Part shown: positions 27,384 through 37,445 of the stretch, one piece after another
Layout: each line of letters begins with the position of its first letter
How positions within the stretch are numbered: position 1 is the stretch's first letter
Assembly: GCA_031431875.1 (NCBI GenBank)
Contig: JANPEF010000061.1
Location: 32,001-96,000, forward strand
Length of the DNA: 64,000 nucleotides
Reading direction: 5' to 3'
Source: Candidatus Eiseniibacteriota bacterium
Lineage (GTDB): Bacteria > Eisenbacteria > RBG-16-71-46 > DASYSL01
Notes under the pieces: model-generated
What the model was told of the DNA's origin: nothing
What the model saw: the letters and a program-made list of their open reading frames with translations, nothing else
The model's database searches: none
Translations under genes and position numbers: made by a program

Positions 27384-28448
27384 ATGTTCGTGCTCGGCAT
27401 CGAAACCTCCTGCGACGACACGGCCGCCGCCGTGGTCGAACACGGCCCCCGGCCCCCCCGGCTGGTCTCCAGCATCGTCGCGGTGCAGGACGTGCACCGC
27501 GAGTTCGGCGGCGTCGTGCCCGAGCTGGCCTCGCGCGCCCACCTCGAGCTGCTGCCCGGCGCGGTCGAGCGGGCGCTGGCCGAGGCCGAGCTCGATTTCG
27601 ACGACATCGACGGCATCGCCGTGACGCGCGCACCGGGGCTCCTCGGCGCGTTGCTCGTCGGCGTGAGTTACGCCAAGGCGCTGGCCGTCGCGCTGGAGAA
27701 GCCGTTCGTCGGCGTCAATCACATCGAGGCCCACCTGCTCGCGCCGCTGCTCGAGGGTGCCGTGTTCGAGTTTCCGGCGGTCGGCGCGGTCGTCTCGGGC
27801 GGACACTCCGAGATCTTCCTCGTGCACGCGCTCGGCGCCTACACGCTGATCGGCACGACGCGCGACGACGCGATCGGCGAGGCCTTCGACAAGGCCGCGA
27901 AGTTGCTGGGGCTGGGCTTTCCGGGCGGCCCCGTCGTCGACCGGCTCGCCGCCGTGGGCGACGCCGGGCGGCATCCGCTCCCGCGCGGGATGAGCGGCTC
28001 GGGCGACCTCGACCTCTCGTACTCCGGGCTCAAGGCGGCGACGCGACGGCTGATCGAGGGCCCGGCGGGTGCGCTGTTGCGCGCCGCGCCCGAGTCGGAC
28101 GAGGCGGCGCAGCTGCGCGCCGACATCTGCGCGTCGTTCCAGGTCGCCGCGGTCGATCCGCTCCTGTCGAAGCTCGAGACCGCCGCGCGCCGCCACGGCG
28201 CCCGCTCGCTCGTCGTCGGCGGGGGCGTGGCGTGCAACTCGCGGCTGCGCGAAGGCCTCGCCGGGATCGGCACGCGGCTGGGCATTCCCGCTTTCCGGCC
28301 GAGCCCCGCGCTGTGCGCCGACAACGCGGCGATGATCGCGCTCGTCGGCGGCTTCCGGCTGGCGCGCGGTGAGCGCGACGGACTCGACCTCGAGCCCGTG
28401 CCGAGCCTCGACGAGAGCGGCATGCTCTCCGTGAAGGCCCCCGCGTAA
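27384..28448 (+). CDS. tsaD: tRNA N6-threonylcarbamoyltransferase TsaD
   Basis: LGIETSCDDT, GGVVPELASRAH, NHIEAH, VSGGHS, GEAFDKAA and DNAAMIA motifs. Confidence 0.97.
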   Translation: MFVLGIETSCDDTAAAVVEHGPRPPRLVSSIVAVQDVHREFGGVVPELASRAHLELLPGAVERALAEAELDFDDIDGIAVTRAPGLLGALLVGVSYAKALAVALEKPFVGVNHIEAHLLAPLLEGAVFEFPAVGAVVSGGHSEIFLVHALGAYTLIGTTRDDAIGEAFDKAAKLLGLGFPGGPVVDRLAAVGDAGRHPLPRGMSGSGDLDLSYSGLKAATRRLIEGPAGALLRAAPESDEAAQLRADICASFQVAAVDPLLSKLETAARRHGARSLVVGGGVACNSRLREGLAGIGTRLGIPAFRPSPALCADNAAMIALVGGFRLARGERDGLDLEPVPSLDESGMLSVKAPA

Positions 28449-28728
28449 CTGCTTGTCCCCGCGCGCCGGGTGCGTCCGTCCCCGGTCGCAATTCGCTCGC
28501 CGGGGCCCGAAATCGTGCCGATCGCACGGGGTGCCGCGGTTTCGGATCGAACCGAGGCGGTCCGGGCATCGAAAATCCCTCGCCTGCCGCTGGCCAGGGG
28601 CCCGTTCCGCAATCTTCACTCAAACGATGCTCTGCCAATCACTTCCAGCGGGGGACCAGGCTCGGTTGCGCTCCCGGGACACCGCAAGGCGTGCGGCCCT
28701 ACGGGCCGCAGAGCTGGAACTCCTTGGG

Positions 28729-28743
28729 CGGCACGGGACTTGC
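28729..28743 (+). promoter_or_regulatory. Probable sigma54 promoter of the signalling operon
   Basis: CGGCACGGGACTTGC (GG-N10-GC), about 83 nt upstream of the GTG at 28826. Confidence 0.65.
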
Positions 28744-28825
28744 GCCGATATCGCGGCGGGGTCCCCGGGCCGGCGCGTCGCGCGCCGCGCCAAGGCGGGC
28801 GTGACCCCGGGGGAGGGGAGCGCAC

Positions 28826-29851
28826 GTGACGCAGGGGAAGTCTCGCATCCTGGTTGCCGACGACGAGCCGAACCTGCGTGAGGCGCTGCGCATCCTCCTC
28901 GATCGGAACGACTTCACCGTCCTGCTCGCCGTCGATGGGCAGGAGGCCGTCGAGATCGCACAGCGCGAGCAGCCGGACCTCGTGCTCCTCGACGTCATGA
29001 TGCCGCGCATGGACGGCTACGAGGCGTGCCGCACGCTGCGCGCCCACTACCGCACGGGCCATATCCCGATCATCATGCTCACGGCGAAGTCGCAGCAGGA
29101 GGACGATCGCGTCCAGGGCCTGTCCCAGGGCGCGAACGACTACATCGGCAAGCCGTGGCATGGCAAGGAACTGGTTCAGCGCATCAAGAACCACCTCGAG
29201 TGGGCGAAGACCCAGCGCTCCGTGAGCCCGCTCACCGGGCTGCCGGGCAACCTGTCGATTCTCGCCGAGCGACAGCGCCGCGTCGACGCGGGCCAGACGT
29301 TCGCCCAGATGTTCCTCGACATCGACAGCTTCAAGTCGTTCAACGATCGCTACGGCTTCCCGGTCGGCGACACCGCGATCACCGCCGTTGCCGACGTGCT
29401 CGCGCAGGTCATCGAGACGCAGGGACGGCCCGGCGACTTCGTCGGCCACATCGGCGGCGACGACTTCACGGTGGTCACCGAGCCCGACCGCGCGGAGAGC
29501 CTCGCCGAGGCCATGAAGAACGCTCTCGAGGAGCGCATGCCGCTGCTCTACGAGGAGGAGGATCGGGCCCGTGGCTCGGTGCGCGTCCTCAACCGGCGCC
29601 ACGAGTACGAAGACTTCCCGCTCATGAGCGTGACGATTGCGCATGCGACGTACGATCCGGCGACGGGGATGCACCTGGCGCAGCTCGACGATCAGCTGCG
29701 CGAGCTCAAGGAGTACGGAAAGAGCCTGCCTGGCTTCGTCGTCGCCAGCGAGCGCCGGCGCAGACGTGTCGACGCCGGGCCCGAGACGGCCTGGGGCAGC
29801 CCGCCGAAACTCGAGGCGCCACCGCCCCAGCGGAAGTCGAAGGCGGCGTGA
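28826..29851 (+). CDS. Response regulator (REC) plus GGDEF-type domain
   Basis: LVADDE, LLDVMMP and DYIGKP in REC; LTGLPGN, DIDSFKSFNDRYG and HIGGDDF in the GGDEF-type domain. Confidence 0.92.
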   Translation: MTQGKSRILVADDEPNLREALRILLDRNDFTVLLAVDGQEAVEIAQREQPDLVLLDVMMPRMDGYEACRTLRAHYRTGHIPIIMLTAKSQQEDDRVQGLSQGANDYIGKPWHGKELVQRIKNHLEWAKTQRSVSPLTGLPGNLSILAERQRRVDAGQTFAQMFLDIDSFKSFNDRYGFPVGDTAITAVADVLAQVIETQGRPGDFVGHIGGDDFTVVTEPDRAESLAEAMKNALEERMPLLYEEEDRARGSVRVLNRRHEYEDFPLMSVTIAHATYDPATGMHLAQLDDQLRELKEYGKSLPGFVVASERRRRRVDAGPETAWGSPPKLEAPPPQRKSKAA

Positions 29852-32100
29852 GTCTCCGGCCCGCCCAGCGAACTCGCGGCGTCGCGGTCGGAACGCTCGC
29901 GCCCGCCACGGTGAGCTCGCCGTGCGCGGCCGCGGCATTCGTGCTGACCACCAGCGGCGATGTCACCGCGCACATCGACGTGTGCGCCGAGGCCGCAAGG
30001 GGGGCGGTCGGCGGGACAGCCTGGCGGCTGGATCATCTCGAGGCCGCAAGCGGAACGCTGCACGCCCACTCCTTCGACGGCCCGGTCCTCCTGCCCGAGC
30101 CCGGCGGCGCGCTCGAATGGCTGCTGCATCACGAGGCGCCACTCGTGCGCGAAGATGCGGCGGCCGAGGCGTTCGGTCCCGGGGCCACGGGCGCGATTCT
30201 CGGCCTGCCCGTGCGCGCGGGCGACATCCTCTTCGGCTTCCTGCGCATCGCCCTGCCGGCCGTCCCGCTGGCGGGTGTCGCCGCGCCCGGCGTGGCGAAC
30301 GCGCGCGTCTTCGCCGACCTGTGTGCGCTCGCGCTCGAACGCCACGCCGGTGAGCTTCAACTCGCCCGCCAGCGCGAGCGCATGGAGGCGCTCGAGCTCA
30401 AGGCCAACGCGGGCGAGACGCTGTTCAGCGAGCTGATCGCCGTCGTCGCGCACGAGATCCGCACGCCGCTGACCTCGATCAAGGCCTACACCGAGGCGCT
30501 GATCGACGCGCCGAGCGACGAGTTCGAGCGCCGCCGTGAGTTCCTGCACGTCATCGACGAGGAGTGTGATCGCCTGGGCCGTCTGGTCGGCGACGCGCTC
30601 GACCTGTCGCGCCTCGAGGCCGGCCTGCGCCTGCTCAAGGTGAAGCCGATGACGGCGACGACGCTGCTCGAGGACGTGGTGACCACGCTGGAGCCCGATG
30701 CGACGAAGCATGGTGTCGCGCTGGTGATCGAGGAGGGCGTGGCCATCGACGACGTCGAGGCCGACGGCGACCTGCTCAAGCAACTGCTGTTCAACCTGGT
30801 GGGCAACGCGATCAAGTTCTCGCCGGCGGACACGACGGTCACGTTGCGCGCCGAGACCCACGGTCAAGGCCAGTGGCGCCTGTCGGTCAGCGACCAGGGC
30901 GGCGGCATTCCCGAGGACCAGCTCGAGCGGATCTTCGAGCGGTTCCACCGCGTCGAGCTCAAGAGCGGCCGGCGCGTCCAGGGCACGGGGCTGGGACTGG
31001 CCATCGCGCGGCACATCGTCGACCTGCACGGCGGTCGCCTGTGGGTCGAGAATGCGCCGACCGGCGGCTCGATCTTCTCGGCGCTCCTGCCGCGGCGGCA
31101 GCTCGCGCCGGCGCAGGTGCGCTCGGTCGCGGCCGCGCTGGCGCGTCGGGCCGACGTCGCCGACCTGCTCGACGCGGCGATGGGCATGATCGCCGAGGTC
31201 ATGGCGGCGGACATCGTCTCGACGCTGCTGGTCGACGCCGCGGCGGGCGACCTGTGCATCGTGGCGTCGCGCGGGCTCGATCCGGACGCCCGCTCGCGGC
31301 GTATGCACTTCCGCGGCGGCGTTGCCGGTGCGGTGCTGTCGGCCGGACAGCCGGTGCGCGTCGAGAACATCGAGACCGATCGTCGCTTCGGCAAGAAGAG
31401 CCATCCGCAGTATTCGACGAAGTCGCTGCTGTGCGCGCCGCTGGCGGTCGGGGGCGTCGTCGTCGGCGTGGTCAACGTCACCGACAAGCGCTCGCGCGCC
31501 GAGTTCGACGAGTCGGACCTGGAACTGCTCACGTCTCTGGTCGATCGAATCTCGGCGGCGCTGTCGCGCGCCCACGCCTATCCCGACTCGACGGCGGTGG
31601 TCGCCGAGGCGAAGGCCTCGGTGCAGTCCGTGGCACGCGTGCGGCGCGACCTGTGGCTCGGCGACTCCGAGCTGTCGCGCCACGCGACGCGTGTCGCCGG
31701 ACGCGTGGGCGTCGATCTCGCAACGGCGGCGGCGATCGCGCGCCTGACCGCGGGCGACGCGGGTGACGCGGGCGACGCGGACGGGGTGTGGTCCGCCGAC
31801 GCGGCGAGCGCCGCGCGCGCGTTGCTGCTGTCGCGTGCCGAGCGCCTCGACGGCAGCGGCCGCCCCCATGGCCTGCGCGGCGAGGCGATCCCGATGGGCG
31901 CCCGCATCCTCGGAGTCATCGACGAGTTCGAGAGCATGACCCATGGGCGATCGTATCGCACCGCGTTCACCGTTGACGAGGCGCTCGGCGCGTTGCGCGA
32001 GGCCGCCGGCACCCGGTTCGACGCGGGGGTGATCGAGGCGCTGGCCGCCTCGCTCGCCGACGAGGGCTGGATGGGCGACGAACGGGAGGAGGCGGCCTGA
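29848..32100 (+). CDS. Sensor histidine kinase (GAF-like, HisKA, HATPase) with C-terminal GAF and degenerate HD-GYP domain
   Basis: AHEIRTPLTSI, NLVGNAIKFS, DQGGGI and GTGLGL motifs, then a GAF domain and ERLDGSGRPHGLRGEAIPMGARI. GTGA overlap with the upstream gene. Confidence 0.88.
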   Translation: MSLRPAQRTRGVAVGTLAPATVSSPCAAAAFVLTTSGDVTAHIDVCAEAARGAVGGTAWRLDHLEAASGTLHAHSFDGPVLLPEPGGALEWLLHHEAPLVREDAAAEAFGPGATGAILGLPVRAGDILFGFLRIALPAVPLAGVAAPGVANARVFADLCALALERHAGELQLARQRERMEALELKANAGETLFSELIAVVAHEIRTPLTSIKAYTEALIDAPSDEFERRREFLHVIDEECDRLGRLVGDALDLSRLEAGLRLLKVKPMTATTLLEDVVTTLEPDATKHGVALVIEEGVAIDDVEADGDLLKQLLFNLVGNAIKFSPADTTVTLRAETHGQGQWRLSVSDQGGGIPEDQLERIFERFHRVELKSGRRVQGTGLGLAIARHIVDLHGGRLWVENAPTGGSIFSALLPRRQLAPAQVRSVAAALARRADVADLLDAAMGMIAEVMAADIVSTLLVDAAAGDLCIVASRGLDPDARSRRMHFRGGVAGAVLSAGQPVRVENIETDRRFGKKSHPQYSTKSLLCAPLAVGGVVVGVVNVTDKRSRAEFDESDLELLTSLVDRISAALSRAHAYPDSTAVVAEAKASVQSVARVRRDLWLGDSELSRHATRVAGRVGVDLATAAAIARLTAGDAGDAGDADGVWSADAASAARALLLSRAERLDGSGRPHGLRGEAIPMGARILGVIDEFESMTHGRSYRTAFTVDEALGALREAAGTRFDAGVIEALAASLADEGWMGDEREEAA

Positions 32101-34457
32101 TGGGACGCACCGCCCGGCCGCGGGGGATCCGCGGCGGCTCGGTCAAGTCGACGTGGAGCGAGATGCAGCAGCTCCGCCAGCGCGTGCGCGATCTCGAGCA
32201 GATGCGCGAGCGCCTGTCGCGGCTCTACTTCAGCCAGGTCGAGACCGGCAAGGCGCGCATGGAGAAGCTCCATCGCATCCTCGAGGTCGTGACGAGGCTC
32301 AACTCGAGCCTCGACATCGATTCGCTGCTGGGCCAGATCGTGGGCGCCGTGCAGAAGAGCCTGGGCTTCCGCATCGTGCTGCTGCGCATCCTCGATCCGC
32401 AGTCGAACGCGCTGCGCGCCCGCGCCTTCGCCGGCCTGTCGCCCGTGGCGATCGCGCACCTCGAGGCCGCGGACGTGCCGGTCGGCGAGTTCCAGTCGTG
32501 GTTGACGGACGAATCCCGGGTCAGCCGCTCGTACTTCATCAGCCACAAGAACCAGTTCAGCCGTCGCCTGCCGGACGGCATCGTCCACGACCTGGGCACG
32601 CGCGAGGACTGGGAGTGGCATCCCGAGGACGTGCTGCTCGTGCCGCTGTACACGCGCACGGGCGAGCTCATGGCGTATCTCTCGGTCGACGATCCGGTCG
32701 ACCGGCTGGTGCCGTCGCGCGAGACCATCGAGATGCTCGAGATCTTCGGCAACCACGTGGTCGTGGCGCTCGAAAACTCGCGCCTGGTCCAGTCGCTGGG
32801 CGAGCACGGGCGCGAGCTCGAGGTCGTGAACCGTCGCATGGGCGAGCTCAACCAGCTCAAGTCGGCGTTCCTCTCCGCCGTATCGCACGAACTGCGCACG
32901 CCGCTGACCGCGATCCGGGCCTACCTCGACAGCCTGCGCGACGACCTCGACAAGCCCGGCCTCGAGGCGCCGCTGCGCTTCGTCGGCATCCTCGACGAGG
33001 AGAGCCGCCGACTCTCCGACCTGATCGACTCGATCCTGTCGTTCTCGCACCTCGAGCGGGGGAGCAATCCGCTCGAGTTCCGGTCCCTCGATGTGGCCGG
33101 GCCGCTGGAGGCCGCGGCGCTGGCGCTCAAGCCCATGGCGGAGGCCAAGAAGGTTTCCCTTCAGACCGAGCTGCGGGCTGCCGACATCAGGATCGAGGCG
33201 GATCTGGAGCTGCTCAAGCAGCTCATCCTTCACCTGGGCGGCAACGCGATCAAGTTCACCGCGCCCGGTGGGGCAGTTCGCATCACGGCGGACGCCGACG
33301 ATCGGGGCCTCGTCCTCACGGTCGAGGACACCGGGATCGGCATTCCCGAGGACCAGCTCGATCGCATCTTCGAGCGTTTCTACCAGGTCGACCAGAGCCT
33401 GGTGCGGCGCTTCGGGGGCACGGGGCTGGGTCTCGCGCTGTGCAAGTCGATCGTCGAGGTGCACGGCGGCAGCATCGCGGTGGAGTCGACGATCGGCGAG
33501 GGATCGACGTTCACGGCGCGCTTGCCGCGCCAGGCGAAGAATCCCGCGGCACAGGCCGCGCCGACGCCGGTGACGGCGCACGGCGACGCGGACGAGGCGC
33601 TGCGTCTCAACCTGGCCTGGACGGCGGGAGTCCTCGGACTCGAACGGGTCGCGCTGCTGGCGCCCGCTCACGGGGGACACGCGGTACGGGCGTCGATCGG
33701 GTTGCCGGTACGGGCCGATCGGGGCGGAGACGACGCGCTCGCCACGCTCGGCGAGGGCCCGCGTCTCGCGGTTCCGGTGGTGCACGAGGGCCGGACGATC
33801 GGCTCGCTCGTGACGACCTGGCCCGCGACACACGGTCCGGCGGAGGAGGCGGTGCTCGCCTCGCTGGCGGAGCGGATCGGTTCGGTGCTGGCGCACGCGA
33901 ACCGGATGCAGGAAGCGCACGCGGCCATGGCTGGATCGGCCGAGTTGTTGCGCGGGGAAGTGACGCGACTGTCGCTCGGTCGCGTAGCCACGTCGGACCG
34001 GGTGCGGCGCGCGCGACAACTGGCGCGAACCCTGGGTCTGCCGCCCGACCAGGCGGCGCACGTGGCGTGGGCGGCGGCGGCCGATGCGGTGGACGCCACG
34101 CTGTTCGACGGACGCCTCGGCGATACCGCGAGCGACCGGCCCGAGGCCGTCCGCGAGATCCTCGCGCATCGCCACGAGCGCGTCGATGGTGCGGGAACGC
34201 CGCAGGGGCTGGTGGGCGACGAAATCGCCCTCGGGGCGCGGATCCTCGCGGTGGTGGCCGCCTTCGAGGAGGCGGTCGAGGGCACCAGCGGGGTCGCGAG
34301 TTGTTCGGCGGTGGACGCGATCGAAGACTTGTGGATGCGGGTCGGGCACGAGTTCGACCCGATGGTGGTGGAAGCACTCGTCGTACTCGGGGTCGAGGAG
34401 GGATGGCTCGACCGGGGATGGGCCCAGGGCTCGTCCGACGCCGCGGAGGCGGCATGA
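32100..34457 (+). CDS. Sensor histidine kinase (GAF, HisKA, HATPase) with degenerate HD-GYP C-terminus
   Basis: SHELRTPLTAI, GNAIKFT, DTGIGI and GGTGLGL motifs, then HERVDGAGTPQGLVGDEIALGARI. The start could be 32100 or 32163. Confidence 0.88.
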   Translation: MGRTARPRGIRGGSVKSTWSEMQQLRQRVRDLEQMRERLSRLYFSQVETGKARMEKLHRILEVVTRLNSSLDIDSLLGQIVGAVQKSLGFRIVLLRILDPQSNALRARAFAGLSPVAIAHLEAADVPVGEFQSWLTDESRVSRSYFISHKNQFSRRLPDGIVHDLGTREDWEWHPEDVLLVPLYTRTGELMAYLSVDDPVDRLVPSRETIEMLEIFGNHVVVALENSRLVQSLGEHGRELEVVNRRMGELNQLKSAFLSAVSHELRTPLTAIRAYLDSLRDDLDKPGLEAPLRFVGILDEESRRLSDLIDSILSFSHLERGSNPLEFRSLDVAGPLEAAALALKPMAEAKKVSLQTELRAADIRIEADLELLKQLILHLGGNAIKFTAPGGAVRITADADDRGLVLTVEDTGIGIPEDQLDRIFERFYQVDQSLVRRFGGTGLGLALCKSIVEVHGGSIAVESTIGEGSTFTARLPRQAKNPAAQAAPTPVTAHGDADEALRLNLAWTAGVLGLERVALLAPAHGGHAVRASIGLPVRADRGGDDALATLGEGPRLAVPVVHEGRTIGSLVTTWPATHGPAEEAVLASLAERIGSVLAHANRMQEAHAAMAGSAELLRGEVTRLSLGRVATSDRVRRARQLARTLGLPPDQAAHVAWAAAADAVDATLFDGRLGDTASDRPEAVREILAHRHERVDGAGTPQGLVGDEIALGARILAVVAAFEEAVEGTSGVASCSAVDAIEDLWMRVGHEFDPMVVEALVVLGVEEGWLDRGWAQGSSDAAEAA

Positions 34458-34491
34458 CCGCTCCATCCAGCCAGACAGGGAGGTGATTCGG

Positions 34492-34899
34492 GTGTCCAAG
34501 GGTCGCATTCTGGTGGTCGACGACGAGGTGTACATCGTCCACATTCTCGACTTCTCGCTCGGCATGGAGGGTTACGAAGTCGTGACCGCCCTCGACGGCG
34601 AGCAGGCGCTCGAACGGGTCGCGCAGCAGAAGCCCGACCTCATCGTGCTCGATATCATGATGCCGAAGCTCGACGGCTACGAGACCTGCAAGGCGCTCAA
34701 GAGCCGCGAGGAGACACGCGACATCCCGGTCATCCTGCTCTCGGCCAAGGGGCGCAACGTCGACCAGAAGACCGGCTTCGAGGTCGGCGCCGACGACTAC
34801 ATCACGAAGCCGTTCTCGCCGCGCAAGCTGGTCGAGCGGATCAACGCCATCCTCGGTCACGCCAACTCGAGCGACGTCCAGGAGCGCCAGGCCTCCTGA
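34492..34899 (+). CDS. Single-domain response regulator
   Basis: LVVDDE, VLDIMMP and DYITKPF motifs. GGAGG lies 8 nt upstream of the GTG. Confidence 0.92.
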   Translation: MSKGRILVVDDEVYIVHILDFSLGMEGYEVVTALDGEQALERVAQQKPDLIVLDIMMPKLDGYETCKALKSREETRDIPVILLSAKGRNVDQKTGFEVGADDYITKPFSPRKLVERINAILGHANSSDVQERQAS

Positions 34900-34997
34900 G
34901 CGCACCTGGCGCACGGGCCGCCCGCAGCGGCGGCCGTGTCGTGGAAGACGGGGCTGCAGCCGTGGAAACCGGGGCCGCCGCAGCGTAGACTCCGCGC

Positions 34998-37142
34998 GTG
35001 AGCTTCGTCCGCGTCGCCTTCCCCGTCCCCGTTCGCCAGACCTTCCTCTATTCCGTTCCACCCGAGCTCGAGTCGCGGGCGCGACCCGGCGCCGAGGTGC
35101 GTTGCCCATTTGGCGCGCGCGAGCGCCGGGGGTTCGTCGTCGAGCCCGCGCGCGAAGCCGATCGCCACGGGGTGAAGGCGATCCTCGGGGTGGTCGGCGA
35201 CGACGTCGTCTTCCCGCCCGACCTGCTGCGCCTGTGTTCGTGGATCGCCGACTACTACCTGGCGCCCATCGGGCGCGTGCTCGCCGCGGCGCTGCCGGGC
35301 GGGCTCGAGGGTTTTGGCGGCAGCCGCGCTCGCAAGCAGGCGGGGGCCGGCGGCGGCGCGCACACCGCGCTCGTCGCGCCCGGTGCGATCGCACCCGTCG
35401 GCGATCCGGGAGGGACCGGGACGCACAAGCTCACCGCGGCCCAGCACGCCGCCGGCGAGGCGATCGCCCGCGCGCTCGACGCACGCGCCTACGCCGCCTT
35501 CCTGCTCCACGGCGTCACCGGCAGCGGAAAGACGGAGGTCTACCTCGCCGCGGCGCGTGCCACGATTGCGGGCGGCCGCCGCGTGCTCGTGCTCGTGCCC
35601 GAGGTCGCGCTCGCCCACCAGATCGTGCACGCCTTCCGCGCCCGCTTCGGCGACCGCGTCGGCGTGCTCCACTCCTACCTGGCACTCGGCGAGCGCCGCG
35701 CCACGTGGGAGCGCGCCCGCCGCGGCGGGCTCGACGTCGTCGTCGGCGCGCGCTCGGCCGTGTTCGCGCCGCTGCCCGGCCTGGGGCTGGTGCTGGTCGA
35801 CGAGGAGCACGACTCGACCTACAAGCAGAGCGAGCAGGTTCGCTACCACGGTCGCGACACGGCGCTGGTGCGCGCGCGGCTGGCCAACGCGGTCGCCGTG
35901 CTCGGCTCGGCGACGCCCAGTCTCGAGTCGTTCGCCAACGTCGAGCGCGGCAAGTACCGCCGCCTCGAATTGCCGGAGCGTGTCGACGGCCGCCCGCTCC
36001 CGGTGATCGAGCTGGTCGACCTCAACGAGGTCGCGCGTGAGGCAGCACCGGTGGCGTCCGCGGTCGCTGCGGCACCTCGTCGTCCCCGTCGCGCGCCCGG
36101 GCTGTTCACGCCGCCGCTGCTCGATGCGCTCGCCGCGACGCTCTCGCGCAAGGAACAGGCGCTCGTGTTCCTCAACCGGCGCGGGCACACGCGCATCGTC
36201 GAGTGTGAGGACTGCGGCCACGTCGAGTCCTGCCCGGCGTGCGACGTGGCGCTCACCTACCATCGCAGCGACGAGCGGTTCCGCTGCCACTACTGCGCCT
36301 TCGAGCGACCGGCGACCGGCGCGTGCCCGAAGTGCGCGAGCCCGTTCTTCCGCCACAAGGGCTCGGGCACGCAGCGTGCCGAGAAGGAACTCGCCACGCA
36401 CTTTCCGCAGGCGCGCGTCCTGCGCCTCGACTCGGACAGCGCCCGGCCGCGCGGCGAACAGGCGCGCATCCTCGGTGCGTTCGGCCGCGGCGAGGCCGAA
36501 ATTCTGCTGGGCACGCAGATGATCGCCAAGGGCCTCGACTTTCACGGCGTCACGCTGGTCGGTGTCGTCTCGGCCGACGGCTCGCTGCACATGCCCGACT
36601 TCCGCGCCGCCGAGCGCACGTTCCAGACGCTGGTCCAGGTGGCCGGCCGCGCCGGCCGCGGCACGCGCCCGGGGCGCGTCGTCGCCCAGACGCGCGCCGC
36701 CGATCACTACGCGCTGGTGGCCGCGCAGCAGCACGACTTCGCCGCGTTCGTGGCGCGCGAGAGCATCCATCGCCGCGACTTCGGCTACCCGCCGTACGGG
36801 CGGCTGGTCGCTTTCGGGATCGCCGGCGTCGACGAGGAAAAGGTGGTCGACGCAGCGACGCGCGTGGCGGCGCGGGCGCGGATCGCGGCGAGCGCCGGAA
36901 CCGCGACCGGCGCTGCCGGAACCGCGGGCGAGATGCAGGTGCTCGGCCCGGCGCCGGCGCCGCTGGCGCGCCTGCGCAGCAAGCACCGCTGGCGGGTGAC
37001 GCTCAAGGCCGCCGACGCGGCGTCGCTCCACGCCGCCGCGCGCGCCACCCTGGACGGGCTCGAGCACCCGGCGACGGCGGCGGATCGCCTGCCTGCCGGG
37101 GTGGCGTTGACCGTGGATGTCGATCCGTACGACCTGCTGTGA
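34998..37142 (+). CDS. priA: Primosomal protein N' (replication restart helicase)
   Basis: GVTGSGKTEVY, DEEHD, four CxxC pairs, GTQMIAKGLDF, QVAGRAGR and VDVDP. Confidence 0.97.
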   Translation: MSFVRVAFPVPVRQTFLYSVPPELESRARPGAEVRCPFGARERRGFVVEPAREADRHGVKAILGVVGDDVVFPPDLLRLCSWIADYYLAPIGRVLAAALPGGLEGFGGSRARKQAGAGGGAHTALVAPGAIAPVGDPGGTGTHKLTAAQHAAGEAIARALDARAYAAFLLHGVTGSGKTEVYLAAARATIAGGRRVLVLVPEVALAHQIVHAFRARFGDRVGVLHSYLALGERRATWERARRGGLDVVVGARSAVFAPLPGLGLVLVDEEHDSTYKQSEQVRYHGRDTALVRARLANAVAVLGSATPSLESFANVERGKYRRLELPERVDGRPLPVIELVDLNEVAREAAPVASAVAAAPRRPRRAPGLFTPPLLDALAATLSRKEQALVFLNRRGHTRIVECEDCGHVESCPACDVALTYHRSDERFRCHYCAFERPATGACPKCASPFFRHKGSGTQRAEKELATHFPQARVLRLDSDSARPRGEQARILGAFGRGEAEILLGTQMIAKGLDFHGVTLVGVVSADGSLHMPDFRAAERTFQTLVQVAGRAGRGTRPGRVVAQTRAADHYALVAAQQHDFAAFVARESIHRRDFGYPPYGRLVAFGIAGVDEEKVVDAATRVAARARIAASAGTATGAAGTAGEMQVLGPAPAPLARLRSKHRWRVTLKAADAASLHAAARATLDGLEHPATAADRLPAGVALTVDVDPYDLL

Positions 37143-37255
37143 GGGCGCGGGCCCGCCCGACGCCCGCCCGTCCTGCGGCGATTCCGCCGCAGTCGGCAGC
37201 ACCCGGGGCCGCGACGAATGCCCCGCGACCGCGCCCCGGGCGGCGGCCATCCGCC

Positions 37256-37285
37256 TTGACACCCATTTGTCCCCGCGGCTAGCCT
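37256..37285 (+). promoter_or_regulatory. Possible sigma70 promoter upstream of the TPR gene
   Basis: TTGACA-N18-TAGCCT. Confidence 0.5.
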
Positions 37286-37373
37286 CCTAACCGTAAGCGC
37301 TTTCGGAAGTTCCATCCTGCCATGTCGCGGGGGACGCCGCGCCCGATCGCCGCGAGCGAACCCGCCCTTTTCC

Positions 37374-37388
37374 GGGCACGTGCTTTGC
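37374..37388 (+). promoter_or_regulatory. Probable sigma54 promoter upstream of the TPR gene
   Basis: GGGCACGTGCTTTGC (GG-N10-GC), 57 nt upstream of the GTG. Confidence 0.6.
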
Positions 37389-37445
37389 GCTACACCAAGG
37401 GAGTCGCTTCGCTGCGGGCGAGCGCAACGAAAGGAGTGCCTCAAC

